From Gammaproteobacteria bacterium TMED78 (GTDB taxonomy: Bacteria > Pseudomonadota > Gammaproteobacteria > Steroidobacterales > Rariloculaceae), in assembly GCA_002171615.1 (NCBI GenBank), contig NHEF01000005.1:983-64982 (forward strand): a stretch of 64,000 bases of DNA, given 5' to 3'. Below, in pieces: positions 1 to 7,293 of this stretch. Below the pieces are notes generated by a model. It was not told where the DNA came from. It did not search any database and was given only the letters and a program-made list of their open reading frames with translations. The position numbers were made by a program, and so were the translations under genes. Position 1 is the first letter of the stretch. Each line of letters opens with the position of its first letter.

Positions 1-1
1 T

Positions 2-1042
2 GGTAATGGATTTAAAGACGCTAATAACAGAGAGAGCGGTCCGAGTTGTCGTACTATTCCTATCAGCTGTAGAAACACGGCTATGGATCCTACTTCAGCT
101 TTCCCATACTTAATTATGGTAGCTGCTTCAAATGCTTTGGGCTCTAGGGCATCGTATTCTAACTCTGGTTCTGCAAATTGGGTAACTGCACCAGGAGGAG
201 AGTATGGATTTCATCCTGATTATATAAGTTCATCCACTGCTTCTCGTTATCAGCCTGGAATGATGACAACTGATCAGTCAACCTGCTCTAAGGGCTATAC
301 AACATACACACAGACTAATGCCTTTGAGGAAAATCATCCTGATAATTCTAATTGTAACTATACATCTAGGTTTAATGGTACATCGTCAGCTGCACCAGTT
401 CTGTCTGGGGTAATAGCATTGATGTTAGAAGCTAATCCAAATCTTTCGTGGAGAGATATCAAACATATATTGGCAACAACTTCAGTACAAATAGATCCAA
501 ATGTTCAAGACACCATTGTTAGTATTGATGGTGTAAACTATATTGCTGAGCCTTCTTGGTCAACAAATGCGGCTGGTTATAAATTTCATAATTGGTTCGG
601 TTTTGGAAGGGTAGATGCCTATGCTGCCGTAGTAGCTGCTAAAAGCTATGTTTCTGGAAGTCTTGGTGCTTTTGATTATACAAATAAGATAAATCAAACA
701 CTTGACATCTCGATTCCAGATAATTCTATTACTGGATCAACTATAGATATTTTGATAACTGATAATTTGGTCATTGAGTCTGTCCAATTGGAAGTAAGTA
801 TTACACACCCATCTATCGGGGAGCTAGGCATAGAGCTAATTTCTCCATCCGGAACTCGTTCTGTATTGTTTAATATAAGAAATTCTTTTTACGATGAAAG
901 TGATTTTAATAATTTTAAAATTACCAGTAATGCTTTCTACGGAGAAAATATTACTGGTACTTGGAAGTGTAAAGTTGTAGATTCTCTTATTGGAAATACA
1001 GGTACATTAAATTCATGCGGTCTTAAATTTTATGGTCATTAA
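2..1042 (+). CDS. S8 subtilisin-like serine peptidase with C-terminal P (proprotein-convertase-type) domain; 5' end outside the window
   Basis: The frame is open from base 2, with no stop before the ATG at 83. NGTSSAAPVLSGVIALMLEANP matches the subtilase catalytic-Ser motif. The C-terminal ~100 aa (SVQLEVSITHPSIGELGIELISPSGT...GTWKCKVVD) looks like a P/Homo-B domain. Confidence 0.8.
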   Translation, partial: GNGFKDANNRESGPSCRTIPISCRNTAMDPTSAFPYLIMVAASNALGSRASYSNSGSANWVTAPGGEYGFHPDYISSSTASRYQPGMMTTDQSTCSKGYTTYTQTNAFEENHPDNSNCNYTSRFNGTSSAAPVLSGVIALMLEANPNLSWRDIKHILATTSVQIDPNVQDTIVSIDGVNYIAEPSWSTNAAGYKFHNWFGFGRVDAYAAVVAAKSYVSGSLGAFDYTNKINQTLDISIPDNSITGSTIDILITDNLVIESVQLEVSITHPSIGELGIELISPSGTRSVLFNIRNSFYDESDFNNFKITSNAFYGENITGTWKCKVVDSLIGNTGTLNSCGLKFYGH

Positions 1043-1643
1043 TAAAAGTCTTTTTAGCTATATTATTATACCTCTGGCATCACTTGCTTTTGTCCTCTCT
1101 CTCTACCACCAAGCTTCTGGAAGCTCTTTTGGATCTTACGATAAAGATTTAATTCAATCTTTAGCTATTGGCCCTATAATTAATTCAGAATCAAGTTCTT
1201 ATAAATTAATTCCAAATAGTAGTGTTTCTTCAATTTTTGATCCAGATGGCCATAGACATGAAAATTATATAGCTAATGATAGTGACGGTATTATTTGGGC
1301 AATGGATATAGAGTCATTTCATTTATCTATTAGATCAAAGTCTATTGAGTATTTAGACCATCGTGTTTTTCCTAATTACCAATTAGCACTAAACCAGGAA
1401 AGAGATAGTATTGCTATTGTAACTGGTGAGATTATAGCTTCTCTTTTAGAAGGTTTTGATGCTGATGTAATTGCTAGTAATTATGATTTAGAATTAAAAG
1501 CTTATTATGATCATAGTAATACAGCTTTTTTTACTATTAAAAATTCATCAGAGCTTTTAGAAAAGCTTAATTTATTGAAACAAGATATTGGAATTGATGT
1601 TGCATATATTGATGTTATTGATTCGATAAATATTCCATATTAA
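1032..1643 (+). CDS. Hypothetical exported or membrane-anchored protein; C-terminus resembles a subtilase I9 propeptide/inhibitor fold
   Basis: The ATG overlaps the peptidase stop (ATGGTCATTAA). It has an N-terminal hydrophobic segment. The C-terminus (DVIASNYDLELKAYYDHSNTAFFTIKNSSELLEKLNLLKQDIGIDVAYIDVID) parallels the subtilisin propeptide pattern (...[25 protein letters not shown]). Confidence 0.5.
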   Translation: MVINKSLFSYIIIPLASLAFVLSLYHQASGSSFGSYDKDLIQSLAIGPIINSESSSYKLIPNSSVSSIFDPDGHRHENYIANDSDGIIWAMDIESFHLSIRSKSIEYLDHRVFPNYQLALNQERDSIAIVTGEIIASLLEGFDADVIASNYDLELKAYYDHSNTAFFTIKNSSELLEKLNLLKQDIGIDVAYIDVIDSINIPY

Positions 1644-1775
1644 TTTTTTATTTGTGTCAACAAAAAGGATTTTATGACGTTTTTATAAAAAAATGATAAA
1701 ATAAGAGAAATTAATTTTTTTTTAAATTATTGTTTTTTAAGGTGTTTTTATAATTTATTAAAGGAGTTTTGTTCA

Positions 1776-2483
1776 ATGTTTATTAGATTTACGCTATTTG
1801 TATCAATTTTCGCCTTTTTCTCTCTTAGTGTGGCTCAGGCAAGGTTATCTTTACCAAAGGAGCATGTTTCTGTTTATAACGTTGTAATCAGTAATGTAGA
1901 TGCAGCTACAAAGGCTAGTCTTGAGGCTAAGAAAGCAGAAGTAACTAAATTAAAAGCAGATATTAAGGCTTATAAAGATGCTGGTGATAATACTTCAGCT
2001 AAGGCATCTGCAAAAACTCTTAGATCTAAACAGCGTGATTTAGATAAGAACTTACGAGCTGCTATAAAAAGTGATGTTTCTCTTCAAGGTACAATAGCTG
2101 CAGAGAAAAGAACTGCTAAAGCTGCAGGTAAGCAAGCAAAAGGAACAAAAGCTAAGCAAACTATGAACAAGATCCTAGCCGTTGCTTCATCAACCCAGTC
2201 TTCCACCATAGAGTCTAATAAAACATCTATGGCTTCTATCTTGCTTGATATTAAGACTGCTCGACAAGCTGGCGCAACCAAGGCAGATACAAAATCACTA
2301 AATGATCAGCTCAAAGCGCTTCATATACAACAAAAGGCAACAATTAAAGAGATTATAGACTCTAATGCTGATCTCAAAGCTACCTTAAAAGCAGATGCAA
2401 AAAAGCAAGCAAGAAAAGCAGCTAAGGGAAAGAGAAATAATAAAAGTAGAAATACTAAACAGCCCCGAAGCCAGTCAAGCTAA
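1776..2483 (+). CDS. Secreted Lys/Ala-rich, probably coiled-coil protein of unknown function
   Basis: AGGAG-like RBS (aaaggag) upstream and a signal peptide (MFIRFTLFVSIFAFFSLSVAQA). The two halves of the protein look like an internal duplication. A terminator hairpin follows. Confidence 0.6.
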   Translation: MFIRFTLFVSIFAFFSLSVAQARLSLPKEHVSVYNVVISNVDAATKASLEAKKAEVTKLKADIKAYKDAGDNTSAKASAKTLRSKQRDLDKNLRAAIKSDVSLQGTIAAEKRTAKAAGKQAKGTKAKQTMNKILAVASSTQSSTIESNKTSMASILLDIKTARQAGATKADTKSLNDQLKALHIQQKATIKEIIDSNADLKATLKADAKKQARKAAKGKRNNKSRNTKQPRSQSS

Positions 2484-2510
2484 GATTTATATTTTTTTAT
2501 ATCTAACAAA

Positions 2511-2542
2511 GCCACCCATATATTTATTGGGTGGTTTTTTTT
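2511..2542 (+). terminator. Rho-independent terminator after the Lys/Ala-rich protein gene
   Basis: Hairpin CCACCCA-tatatttat-TGGGTGG followed by T8. Confidence 0.65.
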
Positions 2543-2557
2543 AGCTTAAAGATATAG

Positions 2558-3922
2558 ATGAAATTAAGTTTTAATAAATATTTTTTACAGATAGTCTTTT
2601 TATTGTTATGGGCTAATAAATGCTTTGCTGTAAGTTATGATTCCGCCTCAGAGTTATTTTTATCAGGAGATTATCTTTCTGCACTAAAAGAATTTAATCA
2701 GCTACATAATCAACAGCCTGATAATGTTAATTTTATTTATGGCCTTGGATTAATTCACTACGCTCTAGATCAAGATAGTGAGGCTCTAAGTTATTTATCT
2801 TTATTATCCGATTCTGAGTATACATACATAGCAAGGTATTATATTTCTATGATTGCCTTAAGAAATGATCAAATTGAGTTTGCTATAGATGAATTGGAAC
2901 AACTAGCAGATCAAATAGAAGATATAGAAGTAAGCGAATTAGCAAATGAATCATTATTGGAAATCAATTTTGATAGTTTTTATAGTATTGATTTTGGCGA
3001 TGCAAACGATGATGGTAATTATGTGTTCATAGAACTTGGCCTTAATATTCAAGATGGAATAATCGACCCTAATGGTTTAGTTGGCTCTAATCAAAATGAT
3101 AGTGCAAAGGAAATTATTTTAGCTGGTTCTTTTAATGCATTTAGTTTTGAAAATTCTGATATTAATTTTGGTGGTTCGTACTTTAATGAAGGATATTCAC
3201 AATATGAAAGTTATGATATATCAGCTACAACAATTTTTATTGAGCAAGAGGGAGTTTTTAAACAAGATTGGCTGAGCTCACATTATTGGCGTATAAATTT
3301 ATCAGGCAGTCAGATATGGTTAGCTGAAAAAAAATATCTTGATCAGTTAGAAGTTAGCTTTTTTGATGAATTTTATTTTAAAGATGATTTAATTTTAGGC
3401 TTAGAATTAAATTATCAAAATTCAGTCAATGGCGATTCTAATTTTTATAGATATGCAGGAAATTCAAAAATGATTGGTTTTTCTCTCCAGAACCTTAGTC
3501 ATTTAAGTTGGCTCTTAGAATATTCATATCATATAAAAAATAGCAATGATTATAACTCTATAGAGATTAATGATAGCTTAACTATATTAGATGTTTTTAC
3601 TAGCTATTCTGGTGATACACATTTTTTTTCTACAGAGGTTAATTTTCAGATTAATAATAATTGGCACTCCTCTATGGGGGCTTCATTCGAAAAAATATTA
3701 TATAAAGATCCAGATTTATATTTATACAATACTTCTGATTCTTTGCTTACTACTGCTTACAGAGAAACAAAATTATCCCAGTTTAATCTAGAGCTGGTTA
3801 GAAATTTTTCTAATAGTGCCTTTTTAACACTTGGCTATGAACATATTCATAATAATTCAAATATCGATTTTTTTGATTTTAATAGTAATATATTCAGAAT
3901 ATCAGTGAGTTATCTTTTTTAA
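2558..3922 (+). CDS. Outer-membrane protein with N-terminal TPR region and C-terminal beta-barrel; Slam/DUF560-like (type XI secretion) translocon candidate
   Basis: Signal peptide (...LLWANKCFA). TPR-like helices occupy about aa 30-130. After that come long alternating-hydrophobic beta-strand stretches. It ends in the OMP signature RISVSYLF. A TbpB-fold lipoprotein gene lies immediately downstream. Confidence 0.55.
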   Translation: MKLSFNKYFLQIVFLLLWANKCFAVSYDSASELFLSGDYLSALKEFNQLHNQQPDNVNFIYGLGLIHYALDQDSEALSYLSLLSDSEYTYIARYYISMIALRNDQIEFAIDELEQLADQIEDIEVSELANESLLEINFDSFYSIDFGDANDDGNYVFIELGLNIQDGIIDPNGLVGSNQNDSAKEIILAGSFNAFSFENSDINFGGSYFNEGYSQYESYDISATTIFIEQEGVFKQDWLSSHYWRINLSGSQIWLAEKKYLDQLEVSFFDEFYFKDDLILGLELNYQNSVNGDSNFYRYAGNSKMIGFSLQNLSHLSWLLEYSYHIKNSNDYNSIEINDSLTILDVFTSYSGDTHFFSTEVNFQINNNWHSSMGASFEKILYKDPDLYLYNTSDSLLTTAYRETKLSQFNLELVRNFSNSAFLTLGYEHIHNNSNIDFFDFNSNIFRISVSYLF

Positions 3923-3941
3923 CCATTTCTTAAGCTAAGCA

Positions 3942-5036
3942 ATGAGCTATAACAAATACTATTTTTTTCTATCCTATTTATTAATTACTGCGTGTGGAGG
4001 AGGTAGTGGTTCTCCTACTATGGTTGTGCCGACAGAAGCTATCTATAATTACAATAAGAATACTGCTATAGAGGAAAATGGTGGGGAGTATGACGTATTA
4101 GCAGGAGTTATGAGTTATAGAACTTATCCTGAAACAGGAGAGATGTGGGTATCTACAGGAGACGCCTCTGTCCAGATGTCTTTTACAATTAATGGAACTA
4201 AATCACTATCTTTAAGTCGTGACTATTCTTTTCTTCCAGATCAAGGAACTACCAATTTAGATATGGGAATGGAATTTGAACAAACGTTATTACCAGGCAC
4301 AGTAAATTTTGATGTTGGAAATAATTTAGATAGCTACCTTTTTTGGGAGTCTGACTGGGGGATATCAACCGACCCTTCAGGTAATAGTTATGAATGGAAT
4401 TATAGATCCTTTAGTTTCTATACTGATGTTATCTTTGATTTTTTAGGAACTGAATATGTAAATTCTTTTATTTCAGATATTGATTATGGCGACGATTCAA
4501 CTCCACAGTTTGATCTTTGTAATGTTACAGATGACGAGTGCATTGATAGCATCAAAGATAAGGATGTTATTGCTGGAGTTTTTGGAGACTTTACCGGTAT
4601 CGGTGATATGCCCTCTTCAGGCTCCAAAACATATAACGTAAAAGCAATAGCTTTCTGGCACCCAAATAAGCTTGAATCTTTATCTAGTATACCTCACTGG
4701 CCCGCTTATGAAGGAGATTCAGTATTTACAGTTAATTTTGAATCAAATTCGATACAGGGAAATATTTTATTAGATTATGTTTTTCCTGAACAAGTAATTG
4801 CTAGTTCAACTTGGGACCATGTTTCTAATATTAGCGCTGGAACTATTACCGTATCTGGATCTATATCAAATAATCAGTTACAAGGTGTTTCTAATTGGAA
4901 TAATAATTATGGGTCTGGTGACTGTAGCGGATATTTTTTTGGCCCAAATGGTAATGAATTTGGGGGGTGGTGTTATGTTTATGATGATAGTGATGATGAT
5001 GGAGCAGAGGTATTAATCAGCTTTATTGGAACATAA
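3942..5036 (+). CDS. Surface-lipoprotein candidate with TbpB/fHbp-type C-terminal 8-stranded beta-barrel domain
   Basis: Lipobox LLITAC followed by a GGGSGS linker. The C-terminal strand pattern is MPSSGSKTYNVKA / FTVNFESNSIQGNI / ITVSGSISNNQLQG / GYFFGPNGNEFGGW / VLISFIGT. This matches the FYGPxAxExGG-type barrel of Slam-dependent lipoproteins. Confidence 0.6.
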   Translation: MSYNKYYFFLSYLLITACGGGSGSPTMVVPTEAIYNYNKNTAIEENGGEYDVLAGVMSYRTYPETGEMWVSTGDASVQMSFTINGTKSLSLSRDYSFLPDQGTTNLDMGMEFEQTLLPGTVNFDVGNNLDSYLFWESDWGISTDPSGNSYEWNYRSFSFYTDVIFDFLGTEYVNSFISDIDYGDDSTPQFDLCNVTDDECIDSIKDKDVIAGVFGDFTGIGDMPSSGSKTYNVKAIAFWHPNKLESLSSIPHWPAYEGDSVFTVNFESNSIQGNILLDYVFPEQVIASSTWDHVSNISAGTITVSGSISNNQLQGVSNWNNNYGSGDCSGYFFGPNGNEFGGWCYVYDDSDDDGAEVLISFIGT

Positions 5037-5135
5037 GCATTATATTTATCTCTAAATATGAATATATTTCATACATTTATATAAACTAATCATTGTTTTA
5101 TTTACCATCGGAGATTACAATTTCACTTTTGAGAA

Positions 5136-5672
5136 TTGGAGTTAAATATCATACAAGAAAGACGAGTTAGGCGTAATCAGGAAATTTCGACATCAAGTGT
5201 GAGAGTTATAGGTAGTTCTGGTGAACAAGTTGGAGTAATGAACTTGACTGAGGCCATAGAAAAAGCACAGTCATCCGGTTTAGATTTAGTTGAAGTCTCG
5301 CCTAATGCTAATCCACCAGTTTGTAGGGTAATGGATTACGGTAAATTTATTTTTGAGCAAAATAAAAAAGCTCAATCTGCAAAAAGAAAGCAAAAACAGA
5401 TTCATGTCAAAGAAGTAAAGTTTAGACCCGTAACAGATGAGGGCGATTACCAAATAAAGTTAAAAAGTATTAAGCGCTTTTTGGGTGCTGGTGATAAAGC
5501 AAAGGTTACAATGAGGTTTAGAGGTCGTGAGATGGTTCATCAAAGGATTGGTGTTGATTTATTAAAGAGAATTGAAGAAGATTTATTTGATTATGGTGTT
5601 GTAGAACAACAACCCGAGTTAGAGGGAAGGCAAATGATAATGATTTTTTCCCCTAAACGAGGAGCATCATAG
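5136..5672 (+). CDS. infC: Translation initiation factor IF-3
   Basis: Strong similarity to E. coli IF3 ([48 protein letters not shown]). There is no ATG start. The ORF track uses TTG at 5136, but ATC at 5148 or ATA at 5151 sit 6-9 nt after a GGAG. Confidence 0.9.
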   Translation: MELNIIQERRVRRNQEISTSSVRVIGSSGEQVGVMNLTEAIEKAQSSGLDLVEVSPNANPPVCRVMDYGKFIFEQNKKAQSAKRKQKQIHVKEVKFRPVTDEGDYQIKLKSIKRFLGAGDKAKVTMRFRGREMVHQRIGVDLLKRIEEDLFDYGVVEQQPELEGRQMIMIFSPKRGAS

Positions 5673-5695
5673 TTTTTTTATACTAGGAGATTTAA

Positions 5696-5893
5696 ATGCC
5701 CAAGATTAAAACGAATAGAGGCGCAGCAAAAAGATTCTCAAAAACTGGTAAAGGGGGATTTAAAAGAGGGCAGTCCTTTCGGAGCCATATTTTGACAAAG
5801 AAGAGTCCAAAACGAAAAAGACAGTTAGGGGCAACTCTTCAGGTTGCAGAGTCAGATACAAGAGCAGTTCGAAAGATGCTGCCTTATAGTTAA
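5696..5893 (+). CDS. rpmI: 50S ribosomal protein L35
   Basis: [14 protein letters not shown]... is the canonical L35 N-terminus. It sits in the conserved infC-rpmI-rplT order. Confidence 0.95.
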   Translation: MPKIKTNRGAAKRFSKTGKGGFKRGQSFRSHILTKKSPKRKRQLGATLQVAESDTRAVRKMLPYS

Positions 5894-5908
5894 TTTAGGA
5901 TATATATA

Positions 5909-6268
5909 ATGGCAAGAGTAAAAAGAGGGGTTGTTGCAAAGGCCCGACATAAAAAAATACTAAGTGAAGCCAAAGGTTATTATGGCGCAAGAAGTAAAAT
6001 CTTTCGTGTTGCTAAACAAGCAGTTATAAAGGCTGGTCAATATGCTTACCGAGATAGAAGGCAGAAAAAAAGACTTTTTAGAGCTTTATGGATTGTAAGA
6101 ATAAATGCAGCTGCGAGGATACATGGCCTTTCATATAGTAAGTTAATTTATGGCTTAAGCCGTGCTGATATTAAAGTCGATCGCAAGGTATTAGCTGATA
6201 TTGCAGTTCATGATCACCAGGCATTTGAAGCCTTAGCAGAATCAGCAAAAAAGGCACTTTCTGTCTAA
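5909..6268 (+). CDS. rplT: 50S ribosomal protein L20
   Basis: [18 protein letters not shown]...YRDRRQKKR is the canonical L20 sequence. Confidence 0.95.
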   Translation: MARVKRGVVAKARHKKILSEAKGYYGARSKIFRVAKQAVIKAGQYAYRDRRQKKRLFRALWIVRINAAARIHGLSYSKLIYGLSRADIKVDRKVLADIAVHDHQAFEALAESAKKALSV

Positions 6269-6277
6269 CTAGAAAAT

Positions 6278-7276
6278 ATGCCTAATGGGTACCATCAACA
6301 TAACGGAAAAAATCTACTGCAACAAGCAGAGCTTGCTGTAGAATCTGCTATTGATATAAATGATTTAGATCAAATAAGGGTTAAGTACCTTGGTAAAAAA
6401 GGGGCTCTCACCTTAGAATTAAAAAATTTAAGCAAGCTTCCTATTGAGGAAAGACCAATTGTCGGTGAGCAGATAAATAAATGTAAGAAAAAGTTATTAG
6501 ATATAATTAGCTCTAAGAAAATAATTTTAGAGAAAGTGGAGATAGAAAATAAAATTAAGGGAAGTGAAGTAGATGTAACATTGCCCGGGAGAAGTTGGGG
6601 TTTAGGTACTATTCATCCTATAACAAGGACATTAAGGAGGATTTCTAGTATTTTTGAGCAAGCTGGCTATAAGATTGAGACTGGGCCAGAAATAGAAACC
6701 GAATATTATAATTTTACAGCACTTAATATAGGCGATGATCATCCAGCTAGAAATATGCACGATACGTTTTATATAGATGCTAAGGCTCTTTTACGAACAC
6801 ATACATCGCCTGTCCAGATTCGCTCCTTAGAGAATCATGGGGCCCCAATAAAGATTGTTGCTCCTGGAAGGGTTTATCGATGCGATTCAGATTTAACACA
6901 TACACCAATGTTCAATCAGATCGAGGTATTAAAGATAGATAAAAATATTAATTTTTCAAATTTAAAATCATTTATTTTCCAATTCTTATCAAGTTTTTTT
7001 GAGAGGGAGGTAGAATTGAGATTCAGACCTTCTTATTTTCCATTTACTGAACCATCTGCTGAAGTTGATGTTTTATCTGAATCAGGAAAGTGGTTGGAGA
7101 TATTAGGCTGTGGAATGGTCCATCCTAATGTCTTGAAGAATGTAAATATTGATCCTGAGAATTATACTGGTTTTGCTCTGGGCTTGGGTGTAGAGCGTTT
7201 AGCTATGCTTAGATATGGTATAAGTGATTTAAGGCTTTTCTTTGAAAATAATATTGATTTTTTGAAGCAGTTTTAA
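6278..7276 (+). CDS. pheS: Phenylalanine-tRNA ligase alpha subunit
   Basis: [17 protein letters not shown] and [10 protein letters not shown] motifs. Near full-length similarity to E. coli PheS. Confidence 0.95.
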   Translation: MPNGYHQHNGKNLLQQAELAVESAIDINDLDQIRVKYLGKKGALTLELKNLSKLPIEERPIVGEQINKCKKKLLDIISSKKIILEKVEIENKIKGSEVDVTLPGRSWGLGTIHPITRTLRRISSIFEQAGYKIETGPEIETEYYNFTALNIGDDHPARNMHDTFYIDAKALLRTHTSPVQIRSLENHGAPIKIVAPGRVYRCDSDLTHTPMFNQIEVLKIDKNINFSNLKSFIFQFLSSFFEREVELRFRPSYFPFTEPSAEVDVLSESGKWLEILGCGMVHPNVLKNVNIDPENYTGFALGLGVERLAMLRYGISDLRLFFENNIDFLKQF

Positions 7277-7293
7277 GCTAAGAGAGATTTTTC

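Noticed and set aside
3591-5016. Same-strand alternative-frame ORFs (3591-3791 and 4798-5016) inside the Slam-like and lipoprotein genes
   Set aside because: Their translations are Ile/Leu/Phe-rich, low-complexity products of AT-rich DNA. There is no independent start context, and the host frames have far better protein-like features.
6269-6277. Looked for a pheM-type Phe-rich leader or attenuator upstream of pheS, as in E. coli
   Set aside because: Only 9 nt separate rplT and pheS, so there is no room for a leader ORF or terminator. The absence is noted but is not a feature.
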